Below, piece after piece: positions 50,390 through 60,063 of a DNA stretch of 64,000 bases. The position numbers and the translations under genes are program-made. Source of the stretch: an uncultured Acidobacteriota bacterium (GTDB lineage: Bacteria > Acidobacteriota > Vicinamibacteria > Vicinamibacterales > CAVVIG01); assembly GCA_963720005.1 (NCBI GenBank), contig CAVREM010000048.1, forward strand, positions 269,093 to 333,092, read 5' to 3'. The notes below the pieces were generated by a model. The model made no database searches. It saw nothing but the letters and a program-made list of their open reading frames with translations, and was not told where the DNA came from. How positions within the stretch are numbered: position 1 is the stretch's first letter; the number at the start of each line of letters is the position of its first letter.

Positions 50390-50415
50390 GGGCAGACAGG
50401 CAAGTAGGTCTGCCC
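50390..50415 (+). terminator. terminator-like hairpin after the receptor gene
   Basis: GGGCAGAC-N10-GTCTGCCC lies 23 nt after the stop at 50367. Confidence 0.4.
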
Positions 50416-50459
50416 AATCTGCCCGTTCCATGTCCGATCCGCGCGCCCTCAGATCGCCG

Positions 50460-50863
50460 CTAACGACCTTGGACGCTGTCGAGGATGGCGGCCAGATCGA
50501 TGCGCTTCAGGATCGGCTCGCTGCCGGCCTCTTTGTAAATCTCGTTCGCGATCTGCTGGGAGAGAAGCTGCGGCAGGTCCGTCACGTGCGGATGCCGGAA
50601 CCGATCGACCTGGATCGTCGGGGCCGTTACCCCGAGATAGATTGAGAGCCGCAGCGGCACAGGGAGGTCGAACGCGAGCAGTTGAAGCCGACGAGGTGCC
50701 CCTGCTCCACGTGATGCCAGACGGTCGAGAGCAGCGTCGCCCCGTCCATGGTGGCGAGCGTCGCCGTGGTCGACTTAGGTTCCCGCTCTCGCCACCAGCC
50801 CACCGCCACGACACGGCACAGATCCGGATCCAGTGAACACCGCTCGAGTGGGCGGGAGGGCAT
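50460..50863 (-). pseudogene. truncated, frame-shifted ORF weakly resembling PolB-exo-like 3'-5' exonuclease (PF10108 type)
   Basis: ORFs 50627..50863 and 50460..50660 join as ..RVVAVGWW..GATLLSTVWHHVEQGHLVGFNCSR-FDLPVPLRLSIYLGV... This resembles the LV.FNG..FDlPvL core. The first acidic motif and the distal half are absent. Confidence 0.3.
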
Positions 50864-51042
50864 CAGGCCCTCCCGTTAGAGGCGCTCATCCCTCGATCAC
50901 GCTTTCACACTGAATGCGCCGCCTCGTGCGACTTCACCTGACACGTTGGCGCACGATGCGTCGATCCCCGCCTCGTTGCCAAGGATCCGTGCATGTCGAC
51001 TCATCACCGGGTCTATTTATCACCGGTGACAAGGAGGCATGC

Positions 51043-53997
51043 ATGTTCACATCCTCACGTGTCGCCAGCACCTCTCCTGATTAACCTCACGCTGTTGATG
51101 ACGCTACCGCGGCCTGGGCTTGCGCAGGATGGTGACAGTGGTGGCATCTTCGGCAGGATTACGGACACCCACGGTCTCGGTATTGCGAACGTCGGCGTGA
51201 CGATCGAATCAACCAGCTCGCCAGAGTCTCATCGGACACGGACTGCTATCGAGGGTTCGTATGCCATACCGCGTGTGTCTTCAGGATCGTACGAGATCAT
51301 TCCTCACGGCGCCGCAATTCAACGAGGTCCGTCGAACCATAACATTGCCACCGCACTTGGCGGTCCGATTCGACGTCACGCTCAGCATTGCCAGTTACGT
51401 GCAGACCGTTCAGGTGACAGCGGAACCGTCGCTGCCTGCCAAAGTGCCCGGGCAATCTACCTATCATTCTGGAGAAATCGAACTCCTCGCTGTACCACGA
51501 ACACCGCAAGGTATTGCGCAGCTGGCGCCAGGAGTAACCGATACCGCACCAACCGCTGGCCAGATCGCAATTAGCGGTGGCTTCGCCTTCGACAACTCTT
51601 TCCGGATGAATGGTGTTGATGTCGCCGACAACCTCTTTGCGGTGCCATTCAACCTATTCATCGAGGACGCTATCGAGCGAACCGACATATTGACGGCCGG
51701 TATACCAGTCGAATTTGGTCGCTTTACCGGCGGCGTCGTCAACGCCGTCACGAAGAGCGGCACGAACGTGTTTCGCGGAAGTTGGCGCGGAAATCTCGCG
51801 AGCCCATCCTGGTCGGCGATGACGCCGTTAGAACGCTGCGTGGCGCCGGGTCGGGTTACGCCTGCGGGTTGTGTTCCGGCAGCGCCACGGCCGAATGATC
51901 TACACATGACCCACGAGGCTACCGTCGGCGGTCCGATCGTTCGGAATCACCTTTGGTTCTTCGGCGCAGCACGTTCGGCCCGTGTGACCCACTCCGCTAG
52001 CCTGCCGCGAACGAACCTGCAGAATACTCAGACAGACGTAAACCGGAGGATAGAGCTCAAAGCATCCGGGGCCTTGACGAACGCTCATCATGTTGAGTTC
52101 GGTTACTTCAACAACTCTACGCGACAAACGCGACGACCCACACTACCGTCGACGATCGATCCGTTCGCACTCGGTGACCGACGCCTTCCGAACTGGTATG
52201 CGTCGACTGAGTACCATGGCATCGTTCGCGATTGGCTCGTTCAGGCACACTTCGCCGAACGGACGTTCCGCTTTGAAGACGCACACCGATTAGCAGGGTC
52301 CATCGCCGACTCGCCGTTTCTGACGCTCACTCGCGAGCGCGATCACTACAACGCGCCATTCTTTGACGGGAACGACCCAGAGTCCAGGCGTAGTCGACAG
52401 TTCACTGCAACAGCAGCTCGTCATGTACTGGCGCAGGCGAATCTACGTCATGACTTTAAGATCGGCTACGACTTCGCGCGCCACAGCCGGATCGGCGGCA
52501 ATTCCCAGTCTGTCACGGGCTATGTATTCAACGCGGATTACGCGACCGATTCGACTGGCGTGGCCCTCTACGACCCGCAGGGACATTTGCTACCAGTTTT
52601 CGCTCCTGGCGTGAGCTTGCTAGAGCACTGGTTGCCGGTGAAGGGAGCAGCACTGCATGCAATTACTCATACGCTTCTTGCACGCGATCGGTTGACCCTT
52701 GGTGACCGCTGGTCGGCCGACGTTGGTTTCCGGTACGAGTGGGTGACCAGCGAAACGAGCGTCGGCATTGATCGTCTGGCGACCAACACGTTGGTACCGC
52801 GCCTTGCCATCGCGCGCGATCTGAACGCAGATGGTCGACACATCGCGCAACTCTCGTATAGTTGGTACTCAGGCCGTTACAACGAGTTCCAGTTCGGTGC
52901 GAACAACAACGTCGGCAATCCCAATCTGCTCTTCGGCGTGTACACCGGACCTGCCGGCGCTGGTCGAGACTTCTTGCCGGGATTTGATCCGAACAACTAT
53001 CTGACCCTTTACGGCCAGTTTCCCGCAGAGAACGTGCACTACGCACCTCGCCTCAGGGCAGCGATCGCCAAGGAGTTCGCGGTGTCGCTCAGGAATGGTC
53101 TCTTCGGCAATCGTGCGTATATTGAGGCCGCGTTCATCCACCGCAACTTCGGCAGCGTTATCGAAGACTATATTCAGGTAGACAACGGATTCACGAACGT
53201 GGTTGTGGACGGCTTCAACGTGGGCACGTTTACGAACATCGTGTTCCAGAACACGAATGCGGCATGGCGGCGATATGACGCCCTTGTGTTCGATGGCCGC
53301 TACAGCGTCACCGATCGGTGGTTGGTGAACGGCAACTACACCTTGCAACTGAGGAACGACGGCAACTATGAAGGCGAAGGTACGAACCAGCCGGCTGTGA
53401 CAAGCCGCCTTGGCGATTATCCGGAGATTTTTACCGCCATTCGCCATTACCCCGAAGGGCGGCTCGATGATTTCCAGCGGCACAAGGTCCGCCTCTGGAC
53501 GATCTACCGTCTCGGCTTGTCTCGTTTTGGGGATGCCTCGTTGTCGGCACTGTCGCGTATCGATTCCGGCACGACCTATAGCGATGCAGCGGCCGGGCAG
53601 CCGATCACCCCGACGCAACGGGCAAAACTCGGCACGGCCGGGTACCCTGATGCGCCGGCCAACCAGACGGTTTTCTTTGGGGAACGTGGCGCCAATTTCT
53701 TCAAGGGTTTCCAGGTTTGGGACCTCGCCGCCACCTACAACGTGCCGGTGCTCCAGAATCTGCGGCCATATGTCAACCTTTCGCTGTTCAACGCCTTCAA
53801 CAACCAGAAGCTGATCCGCTGGAACACGACCGTCTCGCCCGATCCGACCTCGCCAGTCGACGAGAACGGCCTGCGCACGGACTTCCGTACGCGGGCCGAT
53901 CCATGGCCTTGCGACCAGCAACAACCAGTTCCCGGCGCCGTCGATTGGCGGGACGGGCGGCCGGACGTGGCGCATCGCGGCCGGCTTCCGGTTCTAG
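51043..53997 (+). CDS. TonB-dependent receptor-like outer-membrane protein with carboxypeptidase regulatory-like N-terminus; lower GC; three +1 frame breaks (about 51075, 51290, 53895)
   Basis: AAGGAGG RBS (alternative GTG start at 51056). Motifs are GIFGRITDTHGLGIANVGVTI, FRMNGVDVADN and GVVNAVTKSGTN. After the last correction the C-terminus reads SNNQFPAPSIGGTGGRTWRIAAGFRF-stop. Confidence 0.75.
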
Positions 53998-54000
53998 CAA

Positions 54001-54036
54001 GGGCCGGTAAGGCAGGAAGGGCTGGTAAGGCAGGAA
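54001..54036. repeat. tandem 18-mer x2 (GGGCYGGTAAGGCAGGAA)
   Basis: GGGCCGGTAAGGCAGGAA followed by GGGCTGGTAAGGCAGGAA, directly after the receptor stop. Confidence 0.85.
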
Positions 54037-54072
54037 AGTAACAGCCGTTAACCTGTCGGCTTAAGCAACGTG

Positions 54073-54106
54073 GGGCGGGTAGGGACAACCTACCCGCCCT
54101 TTTTTT
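54073..54106. terminator. strong bidirectional rho-independent terminator
   Basis: GGGCGGGTAGG-GACAA-CCTACCCGCCC followed by seven T. It sits between the convergent genes ending at 53997 (+) and 54090 (-). Confidence 0.75.
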
Positions 54107-54821
54107 GTCCTGCGCGGACGACTCGCCAGATCACCACCCCGAACAGCAGCGCCACCGCCGAGAGCATCGAGGCAAACAGGATCAGCGTGCGGTAGAGAAT
54201 CGACCGCGGCTGCATCTGCACCTCGAGCTCGAGCGGCTGGCCCCGCAGTCGATCCTGCAGCGCCTGCTCCCAGACGACGATGTTCCCACGGCGCAGGTTG
54301 TCGGGACCGGCATTGTGGTACTCGACGACGCTCGGAACATGGATGCGGAAGGCGACGAGCTCGTCTCCGGTCCAGTCCGCGGTCCGGTCCTGGTGCGGTG
54401 AGGAGACTCCACCCGCCACGGTCTGCTTGTAGACCACGGTTTCGCCCGGCTGTGCGAGCGAATACGAGGACCACGAAAATGGGCCGGCGGCGCCGAGCGT
54501 TCGCACGTCATCAGTCTCGAGACGGACGTGGACGTATTGCCGGCCGAGACGGCGGGACGTGGTGACGCGCATGACCCGAGTGGAAGGGGTCGTGAAAAAC
54601 TGCCGGACCGCTTCGCGATCGATGCGCGCCGTCGGCCGCGTATCGAACGACGTCCCGCGGAGCGCATTCAAGGCAGCGATCGAACTGTTGACGTAAATCG
54701 TCGCGCTCCCGTCGAGCGACAGATACATCTCCTCTTCGTACTCGTACTGCCGGATGAAGCCGCCGCCGGTGGTGCATGCGGCGGCGGCGATCACGAGGAC
54801 GCAGAGGATGACGACTCGCAC
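54090..54821 (-). CDS. hypothetical lipoprotein with C-terminal transmembrane helix
   Basis: The GTG start gives MRVVILCVLVIAAAAC (lipobox). The C-terminal segment is LILFASMLSAVALLFGVVIW. The upstream part of ORF 54090..55850 is antisense to polA and was discarded. Confidence 0.55.
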   Translation of the reverse strand: MRVVILCVLVIAAAACTTGGGFIRQYEYEEEMYLSLDGSATIYVNSSIAALNALRGTSFDTRPTARIDREAVRQFFTTPSTRVMRVTTSRRLGRQYVHVRLETDDVRTLGAAGPFSWSSYSLAQPGETVVYKQTVAGGVSSPHQDRTADWTGDELVAFRIHVPSVVEYHNAGPDNLRRGNIVVWEQALQDRLRGQPLELEVQMQPRSILYRTLILFASMLSAVALLFGVVIWRVVRAGQKKGG

Positions 54822-54840
54822 AATTTCGGATGATATAGTA

Positions 54841-54922
54841 GAGGACGCAGAGGGAAGAGGCGCGCCGCTCTGCGCTCTGCGCTCTGCCCTCTGCGCTCTG
54901 CGTCCTCTGCTACCTCTGCGTC
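54841..54922. repeat. inverted repeat of GCAGAGG/CTCTGCG heptamers in the divergent promoter region abutting the polA start
   Basis: GAGGACGCAGAGGGAAGAGG is followed by CGCTCTGCGCTCTGCGCTCTGCCCTCTGCGCTCTGCGTCCTCTGCTACCTCTGCGTCC. The TTG start of polA is at 54924. Confidence 0.9.
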
Positions 54923-54923
54923 C

Positions 54924-57772
54924 TTGAAACCTGTTCTGTACCTCGTCGACGGCAGCTCGCAGATGTACCGCGCGTACCACGCGCCGATCAGAACGGCCGA
55001 AGGCACGCTGCTGCGCAATTCGCAGGGGATCCCGACCAACGCCGTCTACATCTTCGTCACGATGCTGCGGAAGCTGCTGAAAGAACAGCAGCCGGAGTAC
55101 ATCGCCGCCTCCTTCGACCTCCCGGGACGGACCTTCCGCGACGACATCGTGTCGGACTACAAGGCGAATCGCCGGCCGATGCCCGAGGAGCTGGCCGGAC
55201 AGATTCCGCTCGTGCACCGCGCGTGCGAAGCGCTTGGCGTGCCGATCCTCACGCACGAACGATATGAAGCGGACGACGTGATCGGGACGATGACCGAGCG
55301 GGCGGCGGCCGAAGGGTATCGCGTGGTGATCGTCACCGGCGACAAGGACTTCTTTCAGCTGGTGCGGGACGGCATCCGCGTCTACAACCCTCGCGACGAG
55401 GGTGCCTGGTACGACGCGGCCGGCGTCAAGGAGAAGTTCGGCGTCTCGCCCGATCAGGTCGTCGACGTGCTCGCGTTGATGGGCGACACGATCGACAACG
55501 TCAAGGGGGTGCCGGGCATCGGCGAGAAAGGCGCGCGCGATCTCATTGCGGTCCACGGGACGCTCGACGCCCTGCTCGACCGCGCCGCCGAAGTGCCGCA
55601 GAAGAAGTATCGCGAGGCGCTCCTCGCCCACGCCGCCGAGGCGCACCAGAGCCGGGAACTGCTGCGGATCCACACGAACGTCCCGGTCGAGTTCGACATC
55701 ACCGCCTTCCGCTATCGCGGACCGACGCGCGAAGCCTGCTACGAGCTCTTCTCGGAGCTCGGCTTCCGCTCGCTGGTGATGGAGTACGCGCCCACGGCCG
55801 ATACCACCGCCAAGGACTACCAGCTCGTCACCACGCTCGACGGCGTGCAAAAGGTCGCGGCCGAGCTCAAGTCGGCTGGCCGATTCGCGATGCGCGTCCT
55901 GCCCGACTCTCCCGCCGCGGTGCGTGCGGGCATCGTCGGCCTCGCGTTCTCAATCGCCCCGCGCCAGGCGTGGTACGTCCCGATCGGGCACGTCGAGCCG
56001 TCTCAACTGCCCGCCGCGGAATCCGGTGCCGACCCTGAAAGAGGTGCCGACCCTGAAAGGGTCGGCCTACCTGGCAACCTGTTCGACCTGCCGGCCGATG
56101 ACGTCTCGCGCCTTCACCCTCTGCGCCTCTGCGCTCTGCGTCCTCAGCTCCCTCTGCGTCCTCTACTCCCTCTGCAATCCTCGACGCATTCAAGTCCGTC
56201 CTGGAGGACCCGTCGGTCGAGAAGGTTGGGCATGACCTGAAGTTCGACATGATCGTCCTGGCGCGGCATGGCATCGCGCTCGCCGGCGTTGGCATGGACA
56301 CGATGCTGGCGAGCTACCTGCTCGACTCGACGCGAACCGGCCATCCGCTCGAACCCACCGCCCTCGAGCACCTGAGCTACAAGGCGCTCACGGAAGAGGA
56401 CGTCTGCGGCCGGGGCGCCAAGGCGGTGAGCCTGGCCCACGTCTCTCCCGAGGCTGCCCTGAATTACGCCGGCGAACGGTCCGATCTCGCGCTGCAGCTC
56501 GCCAACCGGTTGTCGCCGATGCTGACGACCGACGGGCTCGACGCGCTCGATAAGCTCTATCAGGACATCGAGCGGCCGCTCATCCCGGTCCTCGCGCGCA
56601 TGGAGCAGGCGGGCGTCCGCCTCGATGCGCGAGCGCTGGCGGCGCAGTCGACTCACATCGAGCGCGAGCTGGCCAGGCGCAGCGAGCAGATTTACGAGCT
56701 GGCCGGCGAGCCGTTCAATATCAACTCGCCGCCCCAGCTCTCGAAGATTCTGTTCGACAAGCTGCAGCTGCCGGCGCTCAAGCGCAACGTCAAGACGAAG
56801 ACGGCGTCCACCGCGGTCGAGGTGCTCGAGGAGCTCGCCCTCGCGCACGAACTGCCGCGGATGATCCTCGAATGGCGCGCGCTGCAGAAGCTGAAGGGCA
56901 CCTACATCGACGCGCTGCCGCAGCTCGTGAATCCGGAAACGGGCCGCGTGCACACCTGCTTCAACCAGGCGGGGGCCGCCACCGGGCGCTTGAGCAGCAG
57001 CGACCCGAACCTGCAGAACATCCCGATTCGCACCGAGCTCGGCCGTGAGATTCGCCGCGCCTTCATCGCCGATCCCGGCCACGTGCTGATCTCGGCCGAC
57101 TACTCGCAAATCGAGTTCAGGGTGCTGGCCCACCTGGCCGACGAGGACGTGCTGATTGAAGCGTTCCGGGGCGGCGCGGACTTTCACGAGCAGACGGCGC
57201 TGAGGCTGTTCGGCGAGAACAGCGGGCGCGATCCGCACCAGCTGCGGGCGACGGCGAAGATGGTCAACTACGCCGTGCTCTACGGCAAGACCGCGTTCAC
57301 GCTGGCGAAGGACATCAACGTCCCGACGCAGGCCGCGCAGGAATTCATCGACGCGTACTTTGCCGGGTTCCCGAGGGTGCGCGCCTTCATCGACCGAACG
57401 CTGGCCGACGCTCGCGTGTCCGGGTTCGTCCAGACGTTGTACGGACGCCGCCGCCTGGTACCGGAACTGAACAGCCGGAACGGGCAGATGCGGTCGGCCG
57501 CGGAGCGAGCCGCCACCAACCATCCGATTCAGGGGACCGCCGCCGACATCATGAAGCGCGCGATGATCGACGTCGATCGGGTGATCGCGGCGATGCGGGA
57601 CGTCCGGATGATCCTCACCGTGCACGACGAGCTGCTGTTCGAGGTGCCCCGCGGCCGGGCGGAGGATGTCGCCGCCGTCGTGCAGGACGCGATGCAGCAT
57701 GCGGCAGCGTTGAAGGTGCCGCTGATCGTCGACGTCGGGATTGGCGAAAACTGGAAGGACGCGAAGGACTAG
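54924..57772 (+). CDS. polA: DNA polymerase I; frame change (+2) inside a repeat-containing insertion at about 56035-56176
   Basis: The 5'-nuclease N-terminus is MKPVLYLVDGSSQMYRAYHA (ORF 54924..56240). The Klenow-like part has the DYSQIELRVLAHL, QVHDELLFE-type and NYAVLYG motifs (ORF 56249..57772; its frame is open from 56102). Confidence 0.9.
56035..56175. repeat. composite repeat insertion inside polA: two GCCGACCCTGAAAG(GGTCGGC) REP-like units plus a CTCTGCG-word array
   Basis: GGTGCCGACCCTGAAAGAGGTGCCGACCCTGAAAGGGTCGGC at 56035..56076. CCCTCTGCGCCTCTGCGCTCTGCGTCCTCAGCTCCCTCTGCGTCCTCTACTCCCTCTGC at 56117..56175. Confidence 0.85.
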
Positions 57773-57779
57773 CGTGCGC

Positions 57780-57800
57780 GGCGACCCTGAAAGGGTCGCC
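57780..57800. repeat. REP-like hairpin GGCGACCC-TGAAA-GGGTCGCC after the polA stop
   Basis: Perfect 8-bp stem. It is the same unit type as the copies inside polA at 56035..56076. Confidence 0.85.
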
Positions 57801-58607
57801 CTACTTCGCCCAGCGCTCCTTGAAGAGCTCCCACTCGTCGCGCAGGCGCTCTTCTGGCTGCGCCGTCGCCTTCGCGCGATCGGGGATGATCCCGCGAAGC
57901 ACGAGCTGATCGATATCCCCCCGCAGGTCCGCGTTCTCGTCCAGGCTGAGCCCGGCGCGGACCCAACCGGCGAGCGCCGCGTCCCAAGCGACCGTCAGGT
58001 CGCCCTGGCCCCGGGCGGCCGCCGCCAGCCAGTACGAAGCCGCCGTGCTCGACGGATTCGCACCGACTTCGACTTCCATGCGATCGAGGATCTTCTGGTA
58101 CATCGCCCGGCGCTCGATATCTGCCTGCCGCCGGGCATCTCGGTCGATCGCGCTCGCCCACCAGTCGAGCAGACCGTCGCGCGCCGCGGGTGTGAGAAAG
58201 TCGGGACCCGCCAGGACGGCCCCGAAGATGGCGGCGGCCGCGCCGGGCGTGCCGTCGAAGAAGAGGGTCTCACCGAGACCGATGACGTATTCCACGCGCT
58301 CCGTCGGACTGAATCCCGCGGTGTTCAGTTTCTTCAGACGGTCCCGCGCGTTCGTCAAGTCGTCCGAGGCGGCGCTCTCCCGATAGCGCTCGAGATACGC
58401 ACGGGCTGCAATCAGGTTCGCGCTGTCGGCGCGCGCCGGCGTCAAGGCGGCTTCCTCGGCCGCCGAAAGCGCGGCGCTGAACTGCCGCTCGTTGTACAGC
58501 ACCCGCGCCCGTTCGAGCGGGTCGCGCGACTGGGCGGCAACGACCTGCCCGGCCAGACAAAAGGCCAGCGCAAGAACCCCGAACGACGAACGGCTGAGGA
58601 CGCCCAT
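57801..58607 (-). CDS. secreted hypothetical helical-repeat protein
   Basis: Start chosen at MGVLSRSSFGVLALAFCLAGQVVAAQS. The body is Ala/Leu-rich and helical. The upstream part of ORF 57801..59198 is antisense to pcnB. Confidence 0.5.
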   Translation of the reverse strand: MGVLSRSSFGVLALAFCLAGQVVAAQSRDPLERARVLYNERQFSAALSAAEEAALTPARADSANLIAARAYLERYRESAASDDLTNARDRLKKLNTAGFSPTERVEYVIGLGETLFFDGTPGAAAAIFGAVLAGPDFLTPAARDGLLDWWASAIDRDARRQADIERRAMYQKILDRMEVEVGANPSSTAASYWLAAAARGQGDLTVAWDAALAGWVRAGLSLDENADLRGDIDQLVLRGIIPDRAKATAQPEERLRDEWELFKERWAK

Positions 58608-58691
58608 CGCGCCATCGTAGCACATCATCAGCTCGACTAACCTCCTGAAAACACAGGCACTTGCGCGCTCAGGCACGATGGTTTTGGTACA

Positions 58692-59975
58692 ATGGCCGCG
58701 ATGAGGGAGCCGCGCGTCATCACGCGCGCCGAGCACACGATCTCGCGCCGCGACATCGACCCGGAGGCGTTGAAAGTTCTCTATCGCCTGCGGCAGTTCG
58801 ATCACATCGCATATCTCGTGGGCGGCAGCGTCCGGGATCTGCTCCTCTCGCGGCGTCCCAAGGACTTCGACATCGGCACTTCCGCGCATCCGTATCAAGT
58901 CAAGAAACTGTTCCGCAACTGCTGGATCATCGGCCGACGGTTCAGGCTGGCGCACGTCAAGTTCGGGCCGAAAGTGATCGAGGTCGCCACCTTCCGGCGG
59001 CAGCTCCAGCCGGGGGAAGAAGTCGCGCCCGCCGCGCCGGCCCAGCCGGGGAGAGAAGTCGCGGCGGCGCACCACGACAACACCTTCGGAACGCCCGAGG
59101 AAGACGCATTCCGGCGCGACTTCACGATCAACGCGCTCTTCTACGACATCGCCACGTTCTCGATTATCGACTACGTCAACGGCATGGACGATCTTCACGC
59201 CGGCATCGTCCGCTCAATTGGCGATCCGGAAGTGCGCTTCAAGGAAGATCCGGTGCGCATGCTGCGCGCGGTGGCGCTGGCGGCACGGCTGAACTTCACG
59301 ATCGATCCACCGGTCCTCGACGCCATTCGCCTTCATCGCCATGAGATCGCGCGCAGCTCGCCGGCGCGGCTGCTCGAGGAGTACTACAAGATCCTCCGCA
59401 GCGGGTACTCGGAGCGGATCTTTCGAGGGCTCGCGGAGGCTGGCCTGCTGGAGCCGATCTCCGCAGAGCTTCACCGGTCGGCCGGTGAGACCCTCTGGCA
59501 GTCGCTCGCGGCGCTGGACAGCTATCGTGCGCGATTCGCGAGCGTCCCCGAGACGCTCACCAACCCTGTGCTCCTCGGAAGCCTCCTCGTCCCGGCCGGC
59601 TTCCCGTCCCGAGACGCACGGCGCGACGATGCGGCCGCCGGAGAACGCACGCGGCCGGCGGGGCCGCGGCTGGGCGAGCTCCCGCTCGCGCGGCGGGACG
59701 TGGAGCGGCTCAGCCAGATCCTGCAGCTGCAGCGGCGCCTTGGTGACCTGGGCGCGAATCCCCGCGTGCAGAACGCGCTGACGCACCGCAACGTTTTCCG
59801 CGAGGCGCTCACGTGGTTGGATGTGCACGGCAACGGCCAGGCGCTCGTCGCGCACTGGAACGCCGTCGCCGAGCAAGGGGGCAACCAACCGGCCGACGCT
59901 GAAGGCCAGGGCGATCGACCTCCTCGCAAGCGCCGGCGAAGGCGACGCCGGCGCTACCGTCCCGCGCCCTCCTGA
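58692..59975 (+). CDS. pcnB: poly(A) polymerase I / tRNA nucleotidyltransferase family
   Basis: Intact 427-aa ORF with the YLVGGSVRDLLL..PKDFDI and RRDFTINALFYD motifs and an Arg-rich C-terminal tail. Confidence 0.85.
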   Translation: MAAMREPRVITRAEHTISRRDIDPEALKVLYRLRQFDHIAYLVGGSVRDLLLSRRPKDFDIGTSAHPYQVKKLFRNCWIIGRRFRLAHVKFGPKVIEVATFRRQLQPGEEVAPAAPAQPGREVAAAHHDNTFGTPEEDAFRRDFTINALFYDIATFSIIDYVNGMDDLHAGIVRSIGDPEVRFKEDPVRMLRAVALAARLNFTIDPPVLDAIRLHRHEIARSSPARLLEEYYKILRSGYSERIFRGLAEAGLLEPISAELHRSAGETLWQSLAALDSYRARFASVPETLTNPVLLGSLLVPAGFPSRDARRDDAAAGERTRPAGPRLGELPLARRDVERLSQILQLQRRLGDLGANPRVQNALTHRNVFREALTWLDVHGNGQALVAHWNAVAEQGGNQPADAEGQGDRPPRKRRRRRRRRYRPAPS

Positions 59976-59979
59976 AACC

Positions 59980-60063
59980 TGTCGTTCGGCTCCTTCGCTG
60001 ATCGTTCGAGGTTCGTCGTTCGAACGACAAGCGAAGCGACGCGAACGACGAACGACGAACGAC
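59980..60063. repeat. GTCGTTC/GAACGAC-word inverted repeat abutting the SDR start codon
   Basis: The left arm is TGTCGTTCGGCTCCTTCGCTGATCGTTCGAGGTTCGTCGTTCG. The right arm is AACGACAAGCGAAGCGACGCGAACGACGAACGACGAACGAC, followed directly by the ATG. Confidence 0.9.

Noticed and set aside
54822-55850. The upstream two thirds of the 586-aa ORF 54090..55850 (minus strand).
   Set aside because: It is antisense to the well-supported polA 5'-nuclease region. It has Arg/Gly/Val-rich shadow-ORF composition typical of high-GC DNA. Only the distal 243 codons (lipobox start at 54821) look genuine.
58608-59198. The upstream part of the 465-aa ORF 57801..59198 (minus strand).
   Set aside because: It is antisense to pcnB and has no recognisable motifs. 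A good signal-peptide start exists at 58607.
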